A program made the position numbers and the translations under genes. From the NCBI RefSeq assembly GCF_023055435.1, contig NW_025963979.1, forward strand, positions 4,650,001-4,714,000: DNA of 64,000 nucleotides. Direction: 5' to 3'. The notes below the pieces were generated by a model. That model was not told where the DNA came from. It searched no databases and saw only the letters and a program-made list of their open reading frames with translations. This document shows, piece by piece, positions 13,741 to 24,800 of the stretch. Source of the stretch: Haliotis rufescens. Lineage: Eukaryota. Each line of letters opens with the position of its first letter. Position 1 is the stretch's first letter.

Positions 13741-14969
13741 TTAATGGGTTCAACAGAGAACGGACCTCACCAATCTGGAAACACCAACATCTAGAAGCTA
13801 CTGATGGGTATGTCGGTATAGTTTGAAAGGACATTCATACAAAACAACAACTTGTTAATCCAGACATATCTGTACAAGTAACTTCCTTGATAATCTGGAC
13901 AATTTCAATGGTTTGTGTCTGGATTAATGGGGCTTCACTGCATACGGATTGTTCAGTGTCAGTAGAGACCTCTCACATTTCATATTGGTGAGCATCACAT
14001 CTGCTAAATAAAACACAAGAGAGCATAAAATTACAGTTTTATTTATATCAACTTTCCCAGAAAGGGGAGACATTGCATCAGAGGTTATTTCCTCCCCCAA
14101 AAGAATTGCATAAGCTCTTAGTGATCTTACAACACAAATAACATCCAGCTCATTTCTTGCATATTCCTTGTACACTATTTTACATACTTTGTACATGCAA
14201 TTGATATGTTTCCACAGTTGGATATCAACAACTTGGTTACAGGACTGTTTGGCACAGGTGTGGTACACCCCCCAGAACATGTATGTACATCTGCTGTAAT
14301 GTTAGTTGGTCATGGTCAAGGAAAAACCAAAGGAAAGTATTTGTGTTCAAAGTGTAGTCTTACACTGTTTGCAACAGTTGTACTACAATAATATTTTCTT
14401 GCATATTCAGCAACACACCACTAGAAAACAGAGCCTGTTACCAAAGGTGTCATCACTAATCGTGGGTTGTATTTACTACTACTAATACTTAGATTAGAGA
14501 AAGTCTCATAAAAGATACCATTCATTTGTGATCAGCTGAGCAAGTTTTCTCAAATCCAAACAAAAAAGTGTGCAACCAAAAGTGTAGAAGAGTAATAACC
14601 TTGCCCTGCAGGAGCTTTATCACAGTGCCAGAAAAGAAGAAATCCTTTCCCCCCAAAAAAACAATACTAGATCTATGTACTCGCTGACTTGGTTGATGCT
14701 TGTCATTGCATCCCAATTGCGTGTATCTATGCTCATGATATGAATTATTATATATATAGCTGGAATATTGCTGAGTGCGGAGTTAAACAACAGAAACAAG
14801 CAATCAAAAACATCTGATACAGCAGAGAAAGAGGCTGATACATGGCCATAGTATTTACCATGGTGTTGAGTACTTCATGAAATATAAATTATCAGTATAT
14901 ATATATATACAATACACCCGTAAGCCTTCTCTGTTGTATCAAAGCTCTCCATATTCTCAGTGGCCCAAT

Positions 14970-15057
14970 TCTGTGCCAGACGGAGTTACTTCCACTTGGG
15001 GGCTTTCCCACAGGGGGCTCTGGCCACCCAGCTTCACACGCTCCGAACTGGTACAGA
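14970..15057 (-). promoter_or_regulatory. Candidate SECIS element (type II-like, non-canonical) in the MSRB1 3' UTR
   Basis: Hand fold on the minus strand. Helix I: CUGU-a-CCAG-uu-CGGAG / CUCCG-u-CUGG-c-ACAG. Core: GUGAA (starts 15037) / GGAA (14993-14990). Helix II: GCUGGGUGGC / GCCCCCAAGU. Apical part: C-AGAG followed by a CCC/GGG mini-stem. Confidence 0.72.
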
Positions 15058-15063
15058 GAGGGG

Positions 15064-18000
15064 TCAGTGGGACTGGACAGCTTCATTGTGACAGGTCACA
15101 GCCCCCTCTATTGAAACATACATGTATGTGACAATGGAAAAAAGGTCCCCATTGACTTCAGACAGAAAAGCTTTTGTGAGGCAATGACCAAGTTAAAAAA
15201 CAATAGCTATAAGTGAAAACTTGAATTAACTGGTATAATTTGATCTCTCATTGTTACCAAAGTTGAATTTACAATGGAGCATATTATACTCTTAAGCAAG
15301 TGGAAATATCAACCTTATCAGGTTACCCAGTGAGATAAACAAGGTATTTGATAAAGTCCAAATACCCCATTCCATGTAAATATCATTGTCATACCGGTAC
15401 TTAAAATGCTATTACTCTATAAACAAGAAACATTGGCCAAAAATTCTAAAAGCGTTGTAAATCACATTTTGACCATGTTCCTGAGGCAAGAGAGTTAGTT
15501 GACTATGTAAGTCCAGTTTACACCCTGCCGAACTCGGCTGGAATTATGAAGATATAGTTTGGCTGGTCTAACGAGTCTTTGCATAGGCCAATCAAAATCG
15601 TGTAACTATATCGACATCTGGTGTGTAAAATGATTGAAGGATTTGCAAAGCATGTGTGCCAAATCTTTTCATGTTTTTAACCAAGGTGCGCACATGATTT
15701 GACGTACTTTGTGAAGTAAGGCCAATTATATCACAATATAGATCTTGATTATCGTTCAGATCGTCCTGACTGGCCACCACCATTTTGTTTGAAGCAAATG
15801 CAAGTGATATGAGAAGTGGAATATGATTGGTCAATAGGAAGAATATAGAGCATGTAGAAGAGACATAAGTCGTAATAGCCACTGGTGGCGCTACAATTGA
15901 GCCCAGAAATTCCAGCCTAGTTTGGTAAGGGTAAACATGGACCTTTACAGTCAGTTAACACCTTTGCCTCAGGTAGATGCATTCTGACATGAGGCAGGCA
16001 CAATTTGACAGTTATAAAGAGCCATACAATGAGTAAAAAGCAAGGGTACCAAGGGAATAGTCCACCTTCCCAAGACACCGTTGTAGCCATTGTCACATTT
16101 CATTTTTAAAGTTTAAACTTTCAAAAAGGCTAAAATCAAACAAACTGACAGGTCTTGTCTACAAAATGGCTAATATCCGTTTGTAGTCAGACAAGTGAGA
16201 ACATAGAGTGCGGAGTGGGAAAGTTTGGAGAGACGGAGAGAATGTGCAGTTCAGTCAGTTGTCAAGATGGGGTGTGGAGGTAGAAAATCCTGAGATTCGG
16301 AGGCTGCACCTGGACTCACTATCTATGATGTGGACTTCAGTCCTGAAAATGAAATAGTTCCATTATCTTTATGGCTTTAAAAGATGTGCAGACTATAGTA
16401 TAATATATACCCTATTCACAAACCATTTCATTAAAGATATACTTTTTACTTTTAGACAGTCTATTCACATTTTGTCCATGACAACCATATCATTCATTAA
16501 TGCAGCTAGTGTGTGCTTGTGCCTCACAAATAGGGTCTGTTTGTTGTGTGATTGGAAAAATTCCTGTAAATTGTATATCTATATACCTATCCTATCTCAC
16601 ATTAAGCATTTCTTCTTCGACCATATGTGGATCGCAGTTCCTCTAGCCTGTTAGCTCTGATGAAAGGGAATGATGTGCAGAGATAGACTAGTCATCAGGT
16701 CATGTTGGGTTGCTGTGCACGGGATCACATACATGGCTGAAGTGTTGGACGTTAACCATGTTAACCATGGTGATGTTGGGATGTGTTCAGGTTAATTGTT
16801 TTTTAGAAGCTGGAAACTTTGTTCAAGCACGTTTCCACATAGGATCGAAGAAGAAATGCTTAGTGTTAGAAAGGATAGTTACAGCATATAAATATACAAT
16901 TTATAGAAAATTTCCCAAATACAGAACAAAACTACACACAAGTAGTGTGTGAAACTGGGACTTAGTCACTTTGTAACACTTTGTAAAGGGATTAACTGTT
17001 AGGCTTGATACAGACTCTACATGTAATGTGAGCAGATTATGTGTGTGCCTGAATGACTTAACACAAACTAGGACTGCTAGTTTGTCTAGTCCCCCTTAAA
17101 AGCATGTGTTCTGTATTTATCATTTTTCTCTGAAATCACGTAACAAAAAACATACATAACAAAACATCGCTACTTACTATCACTAGAAACAAATTTGAGA
17201 GATTCACTGAATATTCAAAATCTCGATTGGCCTTTCTTGGGTCCATCACCAATAAATTCATGCCCCAGTCCATTGCCACATTTGCCACAGGAAATCTGTA
17301 AACAAACAGTAATCAGTTGTAACCATGGTAACAGGATATGTCAACAAACAGTAAACACTGGACACAGGATATCTGTCAACATACAGTAAACACTGGCCAC
17401 AGGATATCTGTCAACATACAATAAACACTGGCCACAGGATATGTCAACATACAATAAACACTGGCCACAAGATATCTGTCAACATACAGTAAACACTGGC
17501 TACAGGATATCTGTCAACATACAGTAAACACTGACCCACAGGATATATGTCAACATACAGTAAACACTGACCACAGGATATCTGTCAACATACAATAAAC
17601 ACTGGCCACAAGATATCTGTCAACATACAGTAAACACTGGCTACAGGATATCTGTCAACATACAGTAAACACTGGCCACAGGATATATGTCAACATACAG
17701 TAAACACTGGTCACAGGATATCTGTCAACATACAATAAACACTGACCACAGGATATATGTCAACATACAGTAAACAGATGCTCCTACTGGACACCCATCC
17801 AACAATTCTCCGTGATCAGCCTATAGTTCATGCAAGGGAACTGCCTAACATTTTGCTTCACATTGTTGGGATAACAACTAACATCGTAACAAAGTCTCCA
17901 CTGCTAGAAACAACACTGACTGAGAAGTTACCTTCACAGCTCTTGGTGACTCTGTTCTACGTGACACGCTGTCAGGTCGTATCAACTCTGTGAAGGATGG

Positions 18001-21000
18001 CCATGGAGAGGAATGCTCAAACTTTGACCTGCTGTGAAACAGCTCATTGTTACATGCAGAACACACATAGGTACCTGAAACATAAACAGTAATGAGTGTA
18101 CATTTGCAAATCATTTTTATCTTGTACATGATGACAGGTTAAATTTACAAAAAGACATCAAATATTTTTAATCACCATGACACATAACTAGCAGCAAGAT
18201 TTCAGGTGATAAAGTTAAACTAAGTATGGCCTGTGATGTCAGGGATCAGGTGCTGTACAGTAATTTGAGGGGGGTGTACCTGGGTACATGGTGTAAGTAG
18301 GGCAACACTGCTTTCAACAGTATTTCAGTTGAACGCAACATGTCATATTAATGTCAGAGGAAAGCCTAAACATACACAGGTTGTACTTGTACATACTACA
18401 TACGTTTATCAATTTGGCAAAACCCATAATCAGAGACTTCGGGCAGACAGACCAAACCTTATAGACTGTGTGTTAAAGCCTGCTTGAATCTGAGATTTAA
18501 GTCTGTCAGTGTTATTTTACTCTCTATCGGCAATATTCTATGTACATGGTGTAAGTAATCTTAGCCCCCGACTAAACTTACATGACAGACCTTATTTTCT
18601 TACCAATATTTATATAGATTATTTAATTGTGCATATTACAGATTTACTGTCAATATTACCATAATCTACAAAAGAGTAGAAATAAGTGATTGACAGCTTG
18701 AGCAATGACTCATACGAAGAGGTGTGGTAGACAGTACATGAAGTAGTTTCTGTATATATAATGATTATATTTTATTCATTAGTTTTACTTCAGCAAATTG
18801 AAAATAAAGTTATTTTGTATATTTTAGATCTCTAATGCAGTAATTAAAATGATGTATAAAGCAAGTATCTTCATTGATGTAACAACAATAACTGTATTTC
18901 TCATTTTAGCCTGCGTAAGATATTTAAGGAGTCGTTACCTAAGCATCATCAGTAAAAAGATCTAGTCTTTTGTTAGGTTCTGCTCATGGGGTCTGTCCAC
19001 TGCAATATAGGGTGGACAGGCATGTCATTGTTGATCAATCAAAGTTGAAGATCACAACAATTTTAAGATTAGTAGTCCAAGTTATTAAGGTGTACATGTC
19101 AGTTTAATATACTCACACACAAAAGAAACGCAAGTGCTTTTAAGCAAATAGGTAACAAACACCGAACCATAAATTGATAGGAGTTTTAGCATGTAGTGAA
19201 GCCTGATGGTGTTATCAATATTTTTGGTTGCATATTGGAAGCCCCGAGTAAAAACGCAACATAAAAAACAAATCGCCAAAATGCACCATTTCAATGAATA
19301 TGTGGGTATCATGCTCCCATTTCTCGCGAAATCGAAAATACACGAACTGTCATGAACTGTAGTGGGTATAAAACTGTGGCCGATTCTTGGACCTACCACT
19401 GCTTGGTCAACAATGCCACGCCTCACTCAAATTCAGAGAAACCAGGCTATCGGACGTTTGGAATCTGGAGAGTCTGTCCAAGATGTTGCCCGTCATTTCA
19501 ACGTTAACATAACCACAATTTACTGTCTCCTGCATCGATACAATACTACAAAGACCACAGATGACCTCCCTCGGAGATGTTGTCCTAGGGTCACCACACC
19601 TCGACAAGATCGGCAGATTACCCGTCAACACCAGCGACATCCGTTCCTAACTGCAAGTGAAAGTGCTCGACAGACCATAGGAACACATAATCGACACATT
19701 AGCCAGGACACTGTGATTCGACGTCTCCGTTCCAACAACCTCAGATGTCGCCGACTAGCAAGTCATCCTGTTCTCCAACCACGGCATCGACAAGCACGAC
19801 TTCAGTGGGCACAGGATCATCACAATTGGCGTCATCGTGGGTGGAGGCGTGTCATCTTCTCTGATGAAAGTCGCTTTTGTGTCTCCCATGCAGACGGAAG
19901 AGTCAGAATTTGGAGGTGATCGTTTCGCTGACAGAAACGTTGTGGAAAGGGATCCATGGGTGGACCTAGCGTCCTGATATGGGCAGGGATTGGACTTAAT
20001 GCGAGACTTGGACCCATGAGCTTTCTGAAGCTTTTTTTGCACATCAACAAAACATTTTCCAGCAGGACAACGCTCGTCCCCATGTTGCCAGAGCTACCAT
20101 GGCCTTTCTGCAAACAACACAACATCCGTGTTCTACCGTGGCTAGCCCTCAGCCCTGATCTGAACCCCATCGAACACTTGTGGGATGAGGTTCAAAGGCG
20201 TCTGCACAATGCGCGCCCAGTTCCTACAACTGCCGATGAACTTCGCACAGCTGCTCTGGATGTGTGCAGGAGGATCCCTAGGGCCTTCACAAATCGTCTG
20301 ATCCACTCAATGTACAGGAGATGTGTAGCAGTGATCAATGCTAATGGTGGTCACACCAGGTATTGACTGACATTTTGGGTATTGACCCAAAACTGTGTAA
20401 GCCCTTAACATTTGAAAAAAACAATTATGTCATCTGCCTTTTAATCCATTAAACATGTTAAACTGTCTTCAGTCAAATTAACATGCATACTGCATACTCA
20501 ACTTGCATTTCTTTTGTGTGTGAGTATATATATAAATCACTGTAGGTAAATACATGTCTTTTCTCTTATTAATAGTATATTAACATGTTACTTGTACCAC
20601 CGTCAGTGTTTGAGTGTGTATGACAGTGTATGTGTTCCAGACATATTTCATTTCATTTTATTTGCCTTTGGGTTTTGGTGTGAGTGTTAATTGGATTAAT
20701 TTGTGCATTCAGTAACTTGTATTGTGGATCAATGATTTGATGATGATCTAGATGTAATTTTTATATGTGTAAATAGAAATGTTTACATGCTGTGTTTTGT
20801 ATCAAGGACAGGTTACCTCTGACTTTTATATGTTTCAATATAGATAAAGCTTCAGTCAACTTAAGTGTACGCATGACCAGATCGTTTTATACCTGTATCT
20901 TAATACTTTTTGCCAGCTGGTAAAACAATTCCCAAACAGAGAGTCTGTACCCATCTCTTGAGACTTACAGTGGATACCCGGGTAGGGTCAGGTTGAGTAC

Positions 21001-21625
21001 CCGGGTAGGGTCAGGTTGGGTACCCGGGTAGTAACTTGGACAAGTCCCAGCCCTAGTACGTATCATAACGTTTGTCTTTATAATGAAATCATACTTTGCC
21101 CTGCCCTAATGTTTATTATTGCATTCATTGTCTTTTTCCCCCATTCCCAACACTAAATAAATAGACCTCACACACCAAGTGTCATGTTTTTACCACATCA
21201 AAACACATTTCTGGCTATTTCTGGTATAACAATACACAATCTGCCAGGGCACACAACGTGACCAAAAACATCTTAAAATTCAATCGTTCGCTCTAGTCTT
21301 GCGAAAAACCTGCTTATTACTGGGAACCCACTTCACCATTAAATCATGATTTGTATTACTTTTTACAAAGAAAAGTGAAGATGTGTGTTTAGATACACAT
21401 AAGGACCATCCTACGACAACCTTCTCAAGGATCGTACGTTGTTTTTCAGATGGGATACCCTTACGTTATGTGTATTGCAATACGATCAGCCAAGATCAGT
21501 AATTCAGTTACATAACCATTAACCGGTCAACACACTACTATCATGTGTAATACTGTCATTAGGTGCCAACCTGTCTCGAAATGATCTTTATAATGTTCAC
21601 TGCCAGACCAACCGCAAAACGACAT
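15064..21625 (-). CDS. MSRB1: Methionine-R-sulfoxide reductase B1 (selenoprotein R/X), 4 exons, ~119 aa, Sec at codon 93
   Basis: Exons 21625-21571, 18074-17932, 17295-17178, 15107-15064 (360 nt). Protein [80 protein letters not shown]. The TGA at 17217-17215 aligns with the RFUIF catalytic motif. The last exon is less certain than the first three. Confidence 0.95.
15480..15973. mobile_element. MITE with ~65-bp imperfect TIRs; second copy inverted at ~33665-34160
   Basis: Ends CCTGAGGCAA..GGCTGGAATT / AATTCCAGCC..TTGCCTCAGG. The internal sequence matches 33720-34140 in reverse complement. Confidence 0.8.
16553..16916. mobile_element. Short non-coding element with inverted termini matching the DIRS relic end
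   Basis: 16568-16615 matches 51461-51508 with about 6 mismatches in 48 nt. An inverted copy lies at ~16835-16916, and a related element at ~210-535. Confidence 0.65.
17330..17775. repeat. 35-bp minisatellite in MSRB1 intron 2
   Basis: About 12 copies of ACAGGATATCTGTCAACATACAGTAAACACTGGCC. Confidence 0.95.
19110..20526 (+). mobile_element. Tc1-type transposon with a disrupted transposase (19413-20366), in MSRB1 intron 1
   Basis: TIR TACTCACACACAAAAGAAAyGCAAGT at both ends, TA TSD. Motifs: HTH region, [15 protein letters not shown] (out of frame), [17 protein letters not shown]. Contains a stop and deletions. Confidence 0.93.
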
Positions 21626-21891
21626 CTTGTCAGGATGCGATAATTTCTTCTTCCTCGATTAATGACACTACCCTCCTTCGTGAACTTTATCAATGTACGA
21701 AAGTAACAAGCTACACTATGGATATGTTACATAACACGACATGTCTTAACGATTCTGACCAATTATCAAATTTCAGTTCAATTAATTCAATTTGTATCTG
21801 TTATTAGTTCTTCTGCAAGAATACCGTTATTTAAATTCGAAACGTATGTCACTTGTGACTAGCTTAGCGTGTGGTTGCTGAGATAAACAAC
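21626..21891. promoter_or_regulatory. Probable bidirectional promoter, MSRB1/FAM227A
   Basis: Divergent ATGs 266 bp apart. RFX X-box-like GTTGCTGAGATAAAC at 21874-21888, and a YY1-like AACATGGCGG overlapping the FAM227A start codon. Confidence 0.55.
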
Positions 21892-24800
21892 ATGGCGGAC
21901 CTCATCAATCGGGTTGGGTCGCCCATGGACATTTGCGAAGAAAGTCTTGATGAGGCGCCAGATAAAATTGAGAAAAGGAAAAGGCTGTTAACACTCAAAC
22001 AACGAACACGATCACGTATCCTTTGCATTTAGGTTGCAACACTTCGAGTTTCGATTACAATCAACTCGCTGCTGGAATATTGCCTGTCCTAATTTCGATC
22101 AAAATGTCCAACTTATTCGTATCTGTACAATGCTATTTGGTTTTGTCAAAGTTTCTGAAAATATGATTTCCAGATTAACAATATATCATCCGAAAAAATG
22201 GTTTATATGTGTCATTGCAAAAGTAGATCATAGCAATTGTGGGAGCACCTTTAGAATACAGTACCACATTTTCTTGTGAGGACGGTCTCTGTCGTAGGTC
22301 ACATGTCTTAAAGACAAGCAACCAGTTTTTGTGAGAATTCATCGGACGCGAACTCACGACCTCCGGATTGTTAGCCCGACAACTAACCGACTGAGCTACG
22401 TGGTGTCTCATGACTTTAGTCTTCGGACACTTACGAATTATCCCGATGCCATTTAGCACACTCGTCCTATTCCGTAATCTACAAGATACCAAGTGGCGAG
22501 GAATGATCCGATATGGTGCGAACTGAAAACTGCTCCAGGCGTCAGACGTCGAACTCGCGAGTACGCATGAATGACATTGTATTTAATCATTCGTCAGGTG
22601 GATTTGGTGACAGAAAAGTGTGGTAGGGAACACTATAAGGATGATGTGGATAATAGTAAGGAACGAGGGAGGCATGTGCATGAGTGACGACACAATGGTG
22701 AGTTCACTTTTGAATCAGTACTGAAAAAATGTAGCTGGTGAAAGTGGCTTATGTGAATGTTCCAGGACAGTTTCCAGTAGCCAAAGTATTCAACACAAAA
22801 CCATTTCATCCTTTTTACTCGACGTTTTTGTGTAAAGAATATTAGGAGCCGCTATAGAATAATAGCCACTAAACGGGTAGATTTACCTAACCCTAATGAT
22901 CGTAAAGGGATGATTGACCATAAAGGGGATCCAAGGGCTAAGGACAGAGTTCGGGGTAATCTAATAGCCTCTTAACGGGTACCTAACCCTAATGATCGTA
23001 AAGGGGGTGATTGATTGTAAAGGGGATCCAAGGGCTAAGGATAGAGTTCGGGGTTACCTACCCTAACACTAGCGATATTTGGATGTGTTCAGTGCCAATA
23101 TATTATCCCTAATAAAGTGCATTCTTGTGCATAATAATGAGAATTAATGAACTGAAAATATAATATATGTATATTAGTTCCCATTTATAACCATTTTAGA
23201 ATTACAAGAAAAACGAAAGAAAAAATATATTAGAAATAAAAGTTCTTTCGTTATCTAGCGGTTGCTATAAAATGCGCCGCCGCAGGCTATATTTATTTAA
23301 CAAATATTCAAAACTCTCCACACTGCTAGGCGTAGTCAATGGCATTTCATGTAGAGATGATAGATCACTGGGAGGAGCTTATGCACACACGATGACCCCT
23401 GACGTCCCAGGGCATTGTTTCCCCAGTGTGACTGGCAACAAAATACTACAAATTACGTCATAGGGTATTGTCACGTGTTTGAAAAGTTTGTGGTACTGTA
23501 TTCTAAAGGTAGGCCCAATTGTGGTCCTGTTTGTACATTTCCCCCTCATATTATACCTTGACAGGCCTCAGGGGCCACTTCTGAATTGAGCTGGTTATAA
23601 CTAATATTAAAACAGTTGTACCATACTGATTCAATGACTTATTATTCAGAATAGATTCTGATAATTGCATGGAAAATATCGCACCATGGTGACAAAACCG
23701 ATTTTTACCTGTATTTGAAGAAAGGTATTTGTATAGGGTCTATAAGCAAATAATGCGCCTACTGATGAATCCTTATGTTGAATTTTATGGTATCAGAGCC
23801 ACTACAGAAATAAGTTCCTGAAGAAAGTTAATCTCACACATGGAGATTGTCACACACAAAATAAGCGGCAAATGGGACTTTTGTTTATCAAATACCAACA
23901 TTTGCACACAATCTAAATACTATTTTTGTGCATAAAAATATGTAACATATTACGTACCTGTGTGTTGAAATCTTTAACCGTGTCTCCAGCATTTCTGATT
24001 GGTTCCATAGAAGCTGTAAACAAGAAAATCAGCAGTTTGGATCGTAAGCTTCAGGGGTACACTCAGCTGGTGTGTGAGAGTCGTGCCGCCAGCCATGCAG
24101 ACCTTGCTGATCTGTTCCCGACCAGTGCTATGGGTCGGGACAGGTATCATCAGAGAGGTATGTGAACCATATATTCCATTTATACATTTATGTATACCAG
24201 TAGAAACGTATACATCAACATATTATTGGACACAGGAGCCACATGGGGATTCTGGGGTAAAACATGACCCCAGTAGCCAGTTCTTCTCGTAAGAGATGAC
24301 TGAATGGATTGGGTGGTCAGAGTTGGTTGATTGTGTGTCATCCTGACTGCATGGGATGTTGCTAGTAATATCAATCACTGGTTTGTCTGGTCCAGATAAT
24401 GTGCAAGCCATCATGATATAGCTTTAGAACACAAGCTTATTGTGCAGACTGCTGTGTTTTACAAGAAATAAACAAAGAAAACACTATGTGTCAACAAACT
24501 TGTATGGGGATTCATTTTGCCAAATCTTATGTCAATAGAATTATGATGAAATATGTGAACTGACCAGTATTGGACATGTTGGAGAACTATGGAACAAGTG
24601 TCTCAGTGGGTGATACCACCCTTTTTGTTACCAGTATTTGTATAAACTTTATTCCATTGTTGACATGTAAAAGTAACCCCCATAAATGATACTTACAGAA
24701 TGAAAAGCAAATAACAACTAACTAGTGTCAGATTTTGCATCAAAACTATGAATGTAACAATCACAATGCCACAACAAGTGTAGAAATACTTTCTGAAGAT

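Noticed and set aside
14400-14460. Alternative SECIS candidate on the minus strand (AUGA-CACCUUUGGU-AA..GGUG)
   Set aside because: It forms a hairpin with an AA, but the 3' side reads GUGU where the GA of the quartet is required, and an alternative register pairs poorly. It is weaker than 14970-15057.
14877-15131. Separate small gene in the GC-rich patch (84-aa and 64-aa ORFs)
   Set aside because: The patch is explained by MSRB1 exon 4 plus the structured SECIS candidate.
16323-17177. Other MSRB1 C-termini: read-through to TAG at 17172-17170, or an exon at 16342-16323 (RLKSTS*)
   Set aside because: A perfect GTAAGT donor, intervening TE insertions, a QSH ending similar to vertebrate QGH and the adjacent SECIS candidate all favour the 15107 exon. 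The alternatives are not excluded as minor isoforms.
22848-23068. Interstitial telomeric repeat
   Set aside because: Only isolated CTAACCCTAA motifs within a longer duplicated unit, not a (TTAGGG)n tract.
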